From Escherichia phage vB_EcoM_JNE01, in sequence record OR670491: a DNA stretch of 64,000 nt; one strand, given 5' to 3'. Shown here piece after piece: positions 40,677 to 56,046 of this stretch (position 1 is the first letter of the stretch; each line of letters starts with the position of its first letter). The notes under the pieces were generated by a model, which was given only the letters and a program-made list of their open reading frames with translations, did no database searches and was not told where the DNA came from. The position numbers were made by a program, and so were the translations under genes.

Positions 40677-40883
40677 ATGCCACTATATACATATCGTTGT
40701 GAAAAAGAAGAATGCAAACATAGCATGGAAAAAATTGTGAAAATTGCCAATCGTGAGACACCGCATGATTGTCCAAAATGTAGTGGTGAACAAACAATGA
40801 AACTTGAAGTCTTTACACCAGGTGATAAAGGTGCTAACTTATATTTCCGTGGTAAATGGTTTGCAAACACTGGAGGTTACTGA
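40677..40883 (+). CDS. FmdB-family zinc-ribbon protein
   Basis: MPLYTYRCEKEEC...HDCPKCSG matches FmdB-type Zn-ribbon start (MP-x-Y-x-Y-x-C ... C-x-x-C). Confidence 0.5.
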   Translation: MPLYTYRCEKEECKHSMEKIVKIANRETPHDCPKCSGEQTMKLEVFTPGDKGANLYFRGKWFANTGGY

Positions 40884-40884
40884 T

Positions 40885-41184
40885 ATGAAAATTAAAATGC
40901 AGAATGATTATGTACTGGTTCGTCAGATTGAAGCACAGAACAAAAGTAATGGCGGTATTATCCTCGGTAACGTTGAACCACCTTGTGTTGGTATGGTAAT
41001 CTCCGTTGGGCCAGGTAAAGTACTACCAAATGGTCAAATTGCAGAACACAACATTAACGTTGGTGACATGATTGTTTTTGGTCGTTCATCTCTAAATACT
41101 CCGATCACCGAAGATTTAGGTGGTGGTGAAGATACGTATTACGTAATGAAAATTGAAGAGATTTTTGGTAAGAAACATGGCTAA
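40885..41184 (+). CDS. GroES-like co-chaperonin (Hsp10 family; functional analogue of T4 gp31)
   Basis: MKIKMQNDYVLVRQIE...SNGGIILG...GMVISVGPGK...VGDMIVFGR mirrors GroES (MNIRPLHDRVIVKR...SAGGIVL...GEVLAVGNGR...VGDIVIF); RBS GGAGG before ATG 40885. Confidence 0.7.
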   Translation: MKIKMQNDYVLVRQIEAQNKSNGGIILGNVEPPCVGMVISVGPGKVLPNGQIAEHNINVGDMIVFGRSSLNTPITEDLGGGEDTYYVMKIEEIFGKKHG

Positions 41185-41902
41185 AAAAAGATACTTGCCT
41201 TTCTGTCTAGTCCCTGCTCATTGGGGACTTTCAGGGAAAGCAAAAGAGATTGCAAAAGCATACTATTACAACGATGATTATGAAGCAGATATTATAGTTG
41301 CAGAACTTACATATCTTACTCCATATGAAGTTGAAAAGGCTCAATTAGATATCAAGAAGAAGTATGGAGTTATCTCCGATGAACTTGAGTATCTAATTGC
41401 ACTTGCTGATTTAGATTTAAAATACTCAAAGATTACTCGTGATGAATATAATGTAAAGATACTTGATGCAAAATTAAGTACTGAAGCAATCACTAAACAA
41501 GAGTATGATCTTGAGATTATAGAACTAATGCCCGATAGTGATGATAAGTTATTAAAAACTATTGAGTACGCATATAGTTATGGTGAAATTACTCAACAAG
41601 AGTATTCTAAGGAAATCTTTACTTTACGTAAAGAACCTTGGATTGATTTGGATGTAATTCTAAACGATTCAAATGAAGTAGAATTTATATTTGATTATAA
41701 TGAATACTTCGTTAAGAAACTAAAAGATGAAGGTCATCCAGGAAATGATGAAGAAGAACTAATTGATAACTTCATTCGTGACTTGGGTCGCAAATTAGCA
41801 ACTGACGAGTTTAGTGATAACTATGACGTAAAGCTAGTAGCCGAGAACGAGGGGATCGAGAACCTACCTGGTTTACCTGACGGCTTTAAAAGATACAAAT
41901 AA
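41177..41902 (+). CDS. Hypothetical protein with short internal repeats
   Basis: ORF overlapping GroES-like stop; repeated I-T-x-x-E-Y segments. Confidence 0.45.
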   Translation: MAKKRYLPFCLVPAHWGLSGKAKEIAKAYYYNDDYEADIIVAELTYLTPYEVEKAQLDIKKKYGVISDELEYLIALADLDLKYSKITRDEYNVKILDAKLSTEAITKQEYDLEIIELMPDSDDKLLKTIEYAYSYGEITQQEYSKEIFTLRKEPWIDLDVILNDSNEVEFIFDYNEYFVKKLKDEGHPGNDEEELIDNFIRDLGRKLATDEFSDNYDVKLVAENEGIENLPGLPDGFKRYK

Positions 41903-41933
41903 AAAAAAGGAGAGCAAAAATGCTCTCCTTTTC
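41901..41933. terminator. Bidirectional rho-independent terminator between convergent genes
   Basis: AAAAAAAA-GGAGAGCA-aaaa-TGCTCTCC-TTTTCTT. Confidence 0.7.
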
Positions 41934-41947
41934 TTGTATATAAATTA

Positions 41948-42625
41948 TTAAACCATAGGTGGGATAAATTTGAATAGTTTGATACCGAAATCACCAGCAG
42001 CATCAGCAGCTTTGGAATTCAGAACAACTTCAGTTACGCCATCTTTAGCTAGTAGTGGAACCATAGTTAGATCGTCAATTAGTAGACGGCCTTCTTCGAT
42101 ATCAGTACTTGGAACGCCTTGGAAAGATTGAATATCTTTATCAAACACGTTAGCACGTTCAACTAGGAAAGTAACTACGGAAGCACTAGGAATTGAAACA
42201 GCACCAACATTCATCACACCATCAGCAGCGTTGGTAAAATCAGTAACTGCTAGGTCTGCACCGATTTGGGAAGTAGCAATGATTACAGCACGTTGTTGAA
42301 CAACATCAACGATACGTTTAACGTTGGTTTGTGCAGCATAAGAAGCATTATAATCAGCTTCTAGGGTTGCAACTTCAAATGGAGTACCATCGATACGGAT
42401 GATACCTTTTTCGTTTAGGTAAACAACGATATCTTCAGCGATATCAGAGTTTAGGAAACGTTGTAGCCCAGCGAAAGAAGCAACTGCACCAGTAACTAGT
42501 ACGTTAACATCACCTAGTTTACTAACAGCGATGGATGCTAGGGCGTTTTTACCACAGAAGTAACCTAGAACGCTTTCATAGGAAAAACCATTGATACGTT
42601 CAAAAGTAGTATTAGTATTAGACAT
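41948..42625 (-). CDS. Late-expressed protein, paralog B of tandem pair (probable virion component)
   Basis: Shares blocks with upstream paralog (QQRAVIIATS vs QQRAVLVTTS; FLVERANVFDKD vs FICERQDVFDKQ); Ala/Val/Thr/Gly-rich; strong RBS. Confidence 0.55.
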   Translation of the reverse strand: MSNTNTTFERINGFSYESVLGYFCGKNALASIAVSKLGDVNVLVTGAVASFAGLQRFLNSDIAEDIVVYLNEKGIIRIDGTPFEVATLEADYNASYAAQTNVKRIVDVVQQRAVIIATSQIGADLAVTDFTNAADGVMNVGAVSIPSASVVTFLVERANVFDKDIQSFQGVPSTDIEEGRLLIDDLTMVPLLAKDGVTEVVLNSKAADAAGDFGIKLFKFIPPMV

Positions 42626-42640
42626 AGTAATGTTCTCCTA

Positions 42641-43240
42641 TTATAGTTGTACTGGAAGTGCAGCACGTACTTTAATAGCAACAGCAGTAGAAGCAGCCGC
42701 ATCACCAACACCATCAGTACCAACTGCTTGGTAAGTTTTGGTACGGAAGAATTTAGCTTGAGCAATAGACTTAGCTAGTTCTACGGTTGGGTCAACTGGA
42801 ACAGAGTAAGCAGCACCAGGACGAACTTCTTGCTTGTCAAATACGTCTTGACGTTCACAAATGAAGGTTAGAGCAACAGAGTTAGCACCACCAGTAACAT
42901 CAGCACCACTAGTACCGAATGCGATTACGTTACCACCAACGGTTTTGAAATCACTAGGAATAACAACTTCAGTATCTAGAGCTAGAACAGAAGTGGTAAC
43001 TAGAACAGCACGTTGTTGTAGTAGTTGGGTGATCATGAATTGGTTGTATTGAGCATTACTGATTGCAGTTTGTAGTGCTTCGTCTTGAACATCAGAACCA
43101 TCGGAAGTAACTTTAGTAGTACCAACTTCAACGTCAGTTGGAAGATTTACAACGATAGTTACGAAACCGTTGTTACCACCCCAGTACTCACGACCAGTAG
43201 CAGACATACCATAGTTACGGTTAAAAGAATTAAGACTCAT
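42641..43240 (-). CDS. Late-expressed protein, paralog A of tandem pair (probable virion component)
   Basis: See paralog B; preceded on minus strand by two copies of TAAATAATATCA late-type motif. Confidence 0.55.
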   Translation of the reverse strand: MSLNSFNRNYGMSATGREYWGGNNGFVTIVVNLPTDVEVGTTKVTSDGSDVQDEALQTAISNAQYNQFMITQLLQQRAVLVTTSVLALDTEVVIPSDFKTVGGNVIAFGTSGADVTGGANSVALTFICERQDVFDKQEVRPGAAYSVPVDPTVELAKSIAQAKFFRTKTYQAVGTDGVGDAAASTAVAIKVRAALPVQL

Positions 43241-43281
43241 AAAAATCTCCTTGTCAAATTTTGTGCAGGATTCTCCTGCTT

Positions 43282-43296
43282 GATATTATTTATCAA
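43282..43296 (-). promoter_or_regulatory. Late-promoter-like motif (minus-strand TGATAAATAATATCA), proximal copy
   Basis: Motif shared with capsid-gene upstream region. Confidence 0.4.
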
Positions 43297-43344
43297 AAAT
43301 TATCCAGTGGCATTTAAAAATAACTGAATTACCCTTGACTCTAT

Positions 43345-43359
43345 GATATTATTTATCAT
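43345..43359 (-). promoter_or_regulatory. Late-promoter-like motif (minus-strand TGATAAATAATATCA), distal copy
   Basis: Second exact copy about 63 bp from the first. Confidence 0.4.
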
Positions 43360-43465
43360 TTCTGGGACAGCAGCTAAAGATGTGCTACAATTATTAACGA
43401 AATACAAAGAAAACGGAGATTTCATATGCATTACCATTAAACATAAATGGCGACCTGAATGGTAA

Positions 43466-49683
<6,218 letters not shown>

Positions 49684-49734
49684 GTAGTTTGTCGGAGGAA
49701 TAAAAACCCTCCGACAAATTTTCGAAAAAATATT

Positions 49735-49764
49735 TTGGAACGCTTTAAAAACCAATGATATAAT
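49735..49764 (+). promoter_or_regulatory. Sigma70-type early promoter P2 (TTGGAA-18-TGATATAAT)
   Basis: Second copy of the repeated promoter unit. Confidence 0.5.
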
Positions 49765-49811
49765 GAAGTTTGTAAGACGATACATGGTGTTGAATCTTAC
49801 GAAAAAAATCC

Positions 49812-49840
49812 TGAACGAATCAAGTTCAGGTGATATAATG
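49812..49840 (+). promoter_or_regulatory. Sigma70-type early promoter P3 (CTGAAC-17-TGATATAAT)
   Basis: Third copy; its -35 lies inside hairpin CCTGAAC-gaatcaa-GTTCAGG. Confidence 0.5.
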
Positions 49841-49936
49841 AAGTATGTGATTGTATGATTGCATAAGTCATGGAAGATAATCTAACAAAGAAGCTCAATA
49901 ACTTTTTGACAAAGAAACTATAAAGGAATATATAAT

Positions 49937-51004
49937 ATGCAAACTCTAGCTGAAATTCGTGCAAAACTAAAAGCGGAACAAGAAAAAGCAGAAGCTCAAA
50001 AGAATGGTACTTTTACTGGTGAACGTAAAGCCGATTCTTTCCTAGCTTTCTGGAACGTTCCTTATAACGAACCACTAAACCTACGTTTTCTTCCAGATGC
50101 AGATGAAAGCAACCCTTTCTTCTGGCGTGAACGTGATATGATTAACCTGACTTTCCAAGGTGTAGTAGGTCTTCACACTGATAAAGTTACCGTACAAGTA
50201 CCTTGTAACGAAATGTGGGTTCCTAAATCATGTCCAGTACTGAAAGAAGTTCGTCAATGGTTCCAAAGTGCGAATGAATCTGGTGATGAAGAACTGAAAG
50301 CTATGGCTGGTCGTTACTGGAAAAAGAAAACCTATCTAATGCAATGTTTCATCGCTCCTGATAGTGTTGCAGTAAAAGATGACATGGCTCCAGAAAACCC
50401 AATTCGTCGTATTCTAGCTAACAAAGATATTTTCGATAAAGTAAAATCTATTCTACTGAATCCTGGTATCAAAGAACTACCAACTCACTACACTCATGGT
50501 CGTGACTTCGGTATTGTTAAGACTAAGAACGGCGGCGGTTACAACAGCTACGATATGTCTCAATTCTCCATGTCCGAGCGTGAACTAAACGCAGACGAAA
50601 TGGCAGCTATTGAAAAATATGGTCTATACAATCTAAATGATTTTATGCCTAAACAACCAACTCCAGAAGAACTAACAGCAATCGCTGAAATGTTCGAAGC
50701 TTCTGTAAATGGTGAAGCATATGATCCAGCACGTTGGGCTTTCGCATACCGTCCAGCAGGTGTTCAAAAACCTGTAACTGGTGGTTCTGCTCCAGCAGCA
50801 CAACCTGCTCCACAAGCTCCAGCAACACCACAACCTGCTCCACAGGCAGCGGTACAGGAATCTACTCCTGTTACTCCAACTGCTCCTGTTACCCCAGCAG
50901 CACAACCTGCTCCAACTGCTCCAGCATCAACTGGTACTGAAGCACCAAAAGAACAACTATCTGCATCTGCTCTAGTTGCTCGTTTGAAGCAACAAAGCAA
51001 GTAA
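49937..51004 (+). CDS. Single-stranded DNA-binding protein, T4 gp32-like, with atypical Pro/Ala/Gln/Thr-rich C-terminal region
   Basis: LNLRFLPDADESNPFFW parallels T4 gp32 IRFLPSKNDEQAPFA; Cys/His-containing core; upstream of uvsX. Confidence 0.65.
   Translation: MQTLAEIRAKLKAEQEKAEAQKNGTFTGERKADSFLAFWNVPYNEPLNLRFLPDADESNPFFWRERDMINLTFQGVVGLHTDKVTVQVPCNEMWVPKSCPVLKEVRQWFQSANESGDEELKAMAGRYWKKKTYLMQCFIAPDSVAVKDDMAPENPIRRILANKDIFDKVKSILLNPGIKELPTHYTHGRDFGIVKTKNGGGYNSYDMSQFSMSERELNADEMAAIEKYGLYNLNDFMPKQPTPEELTAIAEMFEASVNGEAYDPARWAFAYRPAGVQKPVTGGSAPAAQPAPQAPATPQPAPQAAVQESTPVTPTAPVTPAAQPAPTAPASTGTEAPKEQLSASALVARLKQQSK
50765..50935. repeat. Low-complexity nucleotide/peptide repeat inside SSB gene (CAACCTGCTCCA-type units; PAPQ/TPVTP)
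   Basis: Repeated CACAACCTGCTCCAC units; generates multiple spurious overlapping ORFs in other frames. Confidence 0.6.
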
Positions 51005-51029
51005 TAATTTAGATACAAAAAAAGATATA

Positions 51030-51058
51030 GGGGCAACGGAGTTGCCCCATTTTATTTC
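51030..51058 (+). terminator. Rho-independent terminator after SSB gene
   Basis: GGGGCAAC-ggag-GTTGCCCC followed by ATTTTATTT. Confidence 0.7.
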
Positions 51059-51079
51059 ATAAAATTCAAGGAGTGAATT

Positions 51080-52192
51080 ATGAAAATGACAAGTGGTTTT
51101 GCAAACATTCTAAAAAATAGTACTGGCAGCGTTAAGAAAAATACTGGTGTTAGCGTAGGTTTTCATGATCCTGATACTTGGATTAGTACTGGTAACTTTG
51201 CTTTGAACTACCGTATTAGTGGTTACTTTGACCGTGGTATTCCACTTGGTAAAGTAACAATGTTTGCTGGTGAATCCGGTTCTGGTAAATCCTTTATCGT
51301 GTCTGGTAACATTGCACGTGAAGCACAACAGCAAGGAATCTTTGTTGTGATGATTGACTCCGAGAACGCATTGGATTCAGATTGGTTGCAAGCTCTAGGT
51401 GTGGATACATCTGAAGAGAAACTACTTAAAGTTAACATGGGTATGATTGGTGACGTAGCTAAATTTACTTATGAGTTCATCGAAGGTTATCGTAAAGAAT
51501 ACGAAAACACCCCGAAAGAAGAACGTCAGAAAGTACTATTCATCATCGACTCAATTGGTATGCTTAATACTGAAGTTGCTAATGACCAGATGAAAGCTGG
51601 TAACCTAAAAGGTGACATGGGTCATAAACCTAAGCAACTTAAAGCGTACATTACTAACTGTGTAAACTCCATTGGTTCTTTGAACATTGGTATGGTTTGT
51701 GTAAACCACAGTTATGAATCTCAAGACATGTTCAACCCTGATCCTAAAGTATCTGGTGGTAGCGGTCTGATTTATGCATCATCTATGGTGATTGCAATGG
51801 GTAAACTAAAACTTAAAGAAGATGAAGATGGTAATAAAACATCTGATGTAAGTGGTATCCGTTCAAAATGTAAAGTGATGAAAACTCGTTACAACAAACC
51901 ATTTGAAGATGTAGAGATTAAAATTCCTTGGGATAAAGGTATGGACCCACGCAGTGGCCTACTTGATATGTTCGAGAAATATGAACTAATCACCAAATCT
52001 GGTAACCGTCTAATGTATGTTGACATTGATACTGGTGAACAAATTCTGAAATATCGTAAAGAATGGATGCGTAATGAAGATTCTTGCTTAGACTTAGTAA
52101 TGAATCAATTCAAACGTCACCCAATGATTGAAGATGTTAAAGAAGAAGAGAAAGGTGATGAATCATTTGGTACTGACATTAGTGAGGAATAA
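51080..52192 (+). CDS. uvsX: Recombinase UvsX (RecA/Rad51 family)
   Basis: Walker A GESGSGKS; VCVNHSYESQDMF and DPRSGLLDM closely parallel T4 UvsX IAINHTYETQEMF and DPYSGLLDM. Confidence 0.85.
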   Translation: MKMTSGFANILKNSTGSVKKNTGVSVGFHDPDTWISTGNFALNYRISGYFDRGIPLGKVTMFAGESGSGKSFIVSGNIAREAQQQGIFVVMIDSENALDSDWLQALGVDTSEEKLLKVNMGMIGDVAKFTYEFIEGYRKEYENTPKEERQKVLFIIDSIGMLNTEVANDQMKAGNLKGDMGHKPKQLKAYITNCVNSIGSLNIGMVCVNHSYESQDMFNPDPKVSGGSGLIYASSMVIAMGKLKLKEDEDGNKTSDVSGIRSKCKVMKTRYNKPFEDVEIKIPWDKGMDPRSGLLDMFEKYELITKSGNRLMYVDIDTGEQILKYRKEWMRNEDSCLDLVMNQFKRHPMIEDVKEEEKGDESFGTDISEE

Positions 52193-52653
52193 TGAAACCT
52201 TGGCATTGGATTATCAAAGATGACAAATCTAAACTTCTTGAAATGATTGAATTTTTCGATAAAGAAATCGAAGAAGCACGTAAAGAAGTTAAAAAGATAG
52301 GTATCATTGAAAAGATTGCTCAAGAGATTCCAGGCTGGCATGAGACACGTCTTAGCCAGCTTCAAGAACTCGAAGCAGTACTTGAGATGTTAGAAATAGA
52401 AATGCGTCAGCTTCAAGGTGAGAAGTTCCAGTACTACCTAGAAGCGTACCGTCGTGCGTTATCATCGTCTGACTGTAAAAAGTATGTAGAAGGTGATAAA
52501 GAGGTATGTGAATTATATGAACTTATTAATGAAGTATCATATATTCGAAATACATTTACAAGCATTGTTAAATCCTTAGAGATGAAAGCTTTTCAGTTAA
52601 ACAATATTGTAAGACTACGTGCTGCTGGTATTGAAGATGCTCGTTTAGAATAA
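52192..52653 (+). CDS. UvsY-like recombination mediator candidate
   Basis: Size (153 aa), position directly after uvsX, loose pattern similarity to T4 UvsY (YY...R segment; C-terminal ...RAAG). Confidence 0.35.
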   Translation: MKPWHWIIKDDKSKLLEMIEFFDKEIEEARKEVKKIGIIEKIAQEIPGWHETRLSQLQELEAVLEMLEIEMRQLQGEKFQYYLEAYRRALSSSDCKKYVEGDKEVCELYELINEVSYIRNTFTSIVKSLEMKAFQLNNIVRLRAAGIEDARLE

Positions 52654-52663
52654 ACTAATAATA

Positions 52664-52688
52664 AGGACGCACTTCGCGTCCTTTTTCT
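52664..52688 (+). terminator. Rho-independent terminator
   Basis: AGGACGC-acttc-GCGTCCT followed by TTTTCT. Confidence 0.7.
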
Positions 52689-52700
52689 ATGTAGGTACAT

Positions 52701-53519
52701 ATGTCAAATAAATTAGATTTCGTTAAAAAGATTTCAGTACTGGATACTGAAACCACTGGTGTTGAAAGTGATGATGATATTATTGAATTTAGTATTTCAT
52801 TTCCATGTAAAGTAACAGAAGATATTGATGGAATTGATAACTACACTTTACGTTACAAACCATTAAAAGATATTCCACCTGAAGCATCGGCAGTGCACTT
52901 TATCAGTACTGAAGATGTAGCAAACTGCCTGAACTACAGCGATGATTTGGAGAATATTGATGCTCTAATGGGTTGTCGTGATTATTTCGTTGGTCATAAT
53001 GTTCAGTTTGACCGTCGAATGATGGTAGATAACGAATATAAATATCGTAACTCTGTATCACAGTATCTATTGGATGAAGAACGTTGGATTTGTACTCTAC
53101 GTTTTGCCAAGAAGATGTTTGCAGAAGATGTTGAATTCAAGAACTTGACACTGAGTTATTTGTGGTATAAATTTGGATGTTACCGTGAAGTACATCGTCA
53201 TGTAAATGCTCACGCAGCAAAAGATGATGTATTCATGTGTTATCAAGTACTAATGAAGTTGATTGATATTGCCATTGAGCGTGGACACATTGACGAGTCC
53301 GGTGATATTGGAGCACAAATCGTAGACTTCTGTAACAAACCTATGCTTTATTCTTGTATGCCATTTGGTAAACACAAAGGTATGAAGATGAGTGAAGTAC
53401 CACTTAACTACATTGAGTGGATGATTACGAATAGTGATATTCTGGATACAAGTAATCCAAACTGTGATAAAGATTTAGTATATACATTCGAGTACGAGTA
53501 TAGTAGTCGTACTAACTAA
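52701..53519 (+). CDS. DnaQ-like 3-prime-5-prime exonuclease (DEDD family; DexA-like)
   Basis: Exo I VLDTETTG, Exo II VGHNVQFD, Exo III-like H-x4-D (HVNAHAAKDD). Confidence 0.6.
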   Translation: MSNKLDFVKKISVLDTETTGVESDDDIIEFSISFPCKVTEDIDGIDNYTLRYKPLKDIPPEASAVHFISTEDVANCLNYSDDLENIDALMGCRDYFVGHNVQFDRRMMVDNEYKYRNSVSQYLLDEERWICTLRFAKKMFAEDVEFKNLTLSYLWYKFGCYREVHRHVNAHAAKDDVFMCYQVLMKLIDIAIERGHIDESGDIGAQIVDFCNKPMLYSCMPFGKHKGMKMSEVPLNYIEWMITNSDILDTSNPNCDKDLVYTFEYEYSSRTN

Positions 53520-53536
53520 GAAAAAGGCATTCATGG

Positions 53537-55021
53537 ATGAAAACTTGTAAACTAACCTTACTGGACGAGGTTAACTGTAAATTTGAGGGTCTTGAACCCT
53601 CTATTCGTCAAAAGATGATTCGTGCAACTGAATATGTTTTACCATATGCAAAGTTCACACCAGCAGGTCGTATTGGTCGTTGGGATGGTAAAGTTCAGTT
53701 CATGAATCTTGGTGGCTCAACTTATTATCATATGTTGGATAAGTTGCTTCCTATTCTTGATGAAGCGAAAATTGATATTGAATTAGAAGATCACCGAGTA
53801 AATTATGGTTTCGATTTCGAACCAATTGATGAGAATATCTTTGCTGATGTAGTCTTTGGTGCAGGACACCACATGGAAGGTAAATCAATTAAACTCCGTG
53901 AGCATCAGGTAGAAGCTGTAAACGCGTGTCTGGCTAATCAACATGGTTTACTATTGGCAGCAACAGGTGCAGGTAAAACACTCATCACAGCAGCATTATC
54001 CAAGAAGGTAGAGCAGTATGGTCGCTCTGTTATCATCGTTCCTAGTACTGATTTAGTACAACAAACGTATGATGACTATGTGATGTGTGGTTTAGACACT
54101 GGTATGTTCTATGGTGCACAGAAAGACTTTGGTCATCAGCATACAATCACCACATGGCAATCCTTCAATTCTTTGTGGAAGAAAACAAAGAAAGGTGAAA
54201 TTGAACTAACTGAACAAGACGTTCATGACTTTATTGACGGTGTTGTTTGTGTTATAGTTGATGAGTGTCAAGGTGCTGGTGGTGATGCACTTGTACAAGT
54301 ACTATCTAAAGTAATGAACAACGTCCCGCTTCGTTGGGGTTTGACTGGTACTATTCCTAAAGATAAAGTGGTAGCAGCAAAGATTCGTTGTAACATTGGC
54401 GATGTGATATTCAAAATCACTGCTAAAGAATTACAAGATAAACAAATTCTAAGTACATGTAACGTGAACTGTATTAAACTTAAAAGTAATATGAAATTTG
54501 CATCATATGCTGAAGAGTTGAAGTACTTAGTTACTGACCGTGACCGAATGGCTTACATTGCGTCATTGATTGGTGCGTTGTCTGAATCGGGAAATACATT
54601 AGTACTGGTGGACCGACTGGAGGCAGGAGAACTTCTATGTGAGTATCTCGGTATTCCTAAGTCCGAATTTGTTCGTGGTGAAACTAAGAAGAAAGACCGT
54701 GAATCATCTTATGGTGAGATCCGTTGGGCTGATAACAAAATCTTGATTGCAACCTACGGTGTTGCGAGTACTGGTATCAGTATTTCACGTTTATACAATG
54801 TTGTTCTTCTTGAGCCAGGCAAAAGCTTTGTGCGTACAATTCAGTCCATTGGTCGTGGATTGCGTCGTGCCGAAGACAAAGACCACGTTGAAATCTATGA
54901 TATCAGTGGTTCAAACAAATACAGTGCAAAACACTTACGCGAGCGTATTGCATTCTATAAAGAAGCACAGTATCCACACAGTATCATTGATGTAAAAGAT
55001 TGGGAAAACACAGCGGGATAA
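53537..55021 (+). CDS. uvsW: SF2 DNA helicase, UvsW-like
   Basis: Walker A ATGAGKT, DExx box IVDECQ, helicase C-terminal motifs (TYGVASTGISI, QSIGRGLRR). Confidence 0.75.
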   Translation: MKTCKLTLLDEVNCKFEGLEPSIRQKMIRATEYVLPYAKFTPAGRIGRWDGKVQFMNLGGSTYYHMLDKLLPILDEAKIDIELEDHRVNYGFDFEPIDENIFADVVFGAGHHMEGKSIKLREHQVEAVNACLANQHGLLLAATGAGKTLITAALSKKVEQYGRSVIIVPSTDLVQQTYDDYVMCGLDTGMFYGAQKDFGHQHTITTWQSFNSLWKKTKKGEIELTEQDVHDFIDGVVCVIVDECQGAGGDALVQVLSKVMNNVPLRWGLTGTIPKDKVVAAKIRCNIGDVIFKITAKELQDKQILSTCNVNCIKLKSNMKFASYAEELKYLVTDRDRMAYIASLIGALSESGNTLVLVDRLEAGELLCEYLGIPKSEFVRGETKKKDRESSYGEIRWADNKILIATYGVASTGISISRLYNVVLLEPGKSFVRTIQSIGRGLRRAEDKDHVEIYDISGSNKYSAKHLRERIAFYKEAQYPHSIIDVKDWENTAG

Positions 55022-55028
55022 CCCCGCT

Positions 55029-55042
55029 GTTCGTGATATAAT
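55029..55042 (+). promoter_or_regulatory. Early promoter-like element GTTCGTGATATAAT with conserved downstream GTTGT/GTGAATA leader
   Basis: Near-identical block recurs at 59914-59940. Confidence 0.45.
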
Positions 55043-55093
55043 GGGTTGTATGTGAATACAACGACAAAAATAATACAAGGAAGTATAATAAAA

Positions 55094-55534
55094 ATGGAAC
55101 TAAGATCTAGTATTGCATTTATCTGTGACCAAGAAACATTGGATATTATTGATGTGTTTTTGAATGATGATGGTATTATGGATGACATGGTATCTTCACT
55201 TGATTACATTGCCGAATTAGAAACTGATGATACTAATGTATGGCGTTGTAATATTGATAGTGATTCATGGATTAATATCTATGAACTTCAAACACGCATT
55301 GATGATAAGAAAATAGATAAAAAACTAACATATGATATTATCTATGCAAGTACTGATTCTAAAACATTCATTGATGTGGTTAGTCTAAGTGGTAATTTTG
55401 ATTCATATCTAGACACTGACGTTGATAAGATTCAAGAACTATGTGAAACCTACGGTCTTGAGTTCTATGGAACTAATGATGAAGATGATGATATTGATGA
55501 TGAAGATTACAACAACGAAGAATCATATTACTAA
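55094..55534 (+). CDS. Strongly acidic small protein (DNA-mimic / anti-restriction-type candidate)
   Basis: Very high Asp/Glu content with C-terminal DEDDDIDDEDYNNEESYY tail; RBS AAGGA; early promoter upstream. Confidence 0.5.
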   Translation: MELRSSIAFICDQETLDIIDVFLNDDGIMDDMVSSLDYIAELETDDTNVWRCNIDSDSWINIYELQTRIDDKKIDKKLTYDIIYASTDSKTFIDVVSLSGNFDSYLDTDVDKIQELCETYGLEFYGTNDEDDDIDDEDYNNEESYY

Positions 55535-55546
55535 AGGTGAAAAACA

Positions 55547-56044
55547 ATGAATGTATTAACCCCTGAAAACATCACATTTGACATGGACTTAGTTACTGAA
55601 CACATCCCTGAAGAGATGTATTGTGTTCTAGACTTAAGCCCAACTGGTGAATCCGATTTCTACTTCAGACATATTCTAAACACTGTATCCTTTAACAGTA
55701 TTAGTGCTGACCTTCAAATCGGTGAAAAGATCATTCAAGTCCCACTTGGATGGCAAATTATGCTTGGTGATGAAGAGACTGGTATGGTTGAGATGTGCAC
55801 TATCGAAAACATCTTGAATATGAAAGAACCAAAAGCTTTTGTTTACAATCCAATCCGTTCAATGTATCCTAAGTTTGAACCAGTAAAAGTACTGCGAGTA
55901 TTCGCATTAACTACTAAGTGGCAAATCCCAATGCTACCGAAGAAAAACTTATTGTGTGTTCCATTGGCAAATGGTGACAATCCACCATGTGTGTACTTTG
56001 CCGATGAGAATGAGAAAATCCAAGATCTGTACTTAGGAGTATAA
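55547..56044 (+). CDS. Hypothetical protein (165 aa)
   Basis: ORF with RBS AGGTG. Confidence 0.45.
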   Translation: MNVLTPENITFDMDLVTEHIPEEMYCVLDLSPTGESDFYFRHILNTVSFNSISADLQIGEKIIQVPLGWQIMLGDEETGMVEMCTIENILNMKEPKAFVYNPIRSMYPKFEPVKVLRVFALTTKWQIPMLPKKNLLCVPLANGDNPPCVYFADENEKIQDLYLGV

Positions 56045-56046
56045 TA

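Noticed and set aside
50649-51036. Five overlapping ORFs on both strands inside the SSB gene C-terminus
   Set aside because: Artefacts of the low-complexity repeat tract, which is open in several frames; Cys/Leu/Gln-rich nonsense translations.
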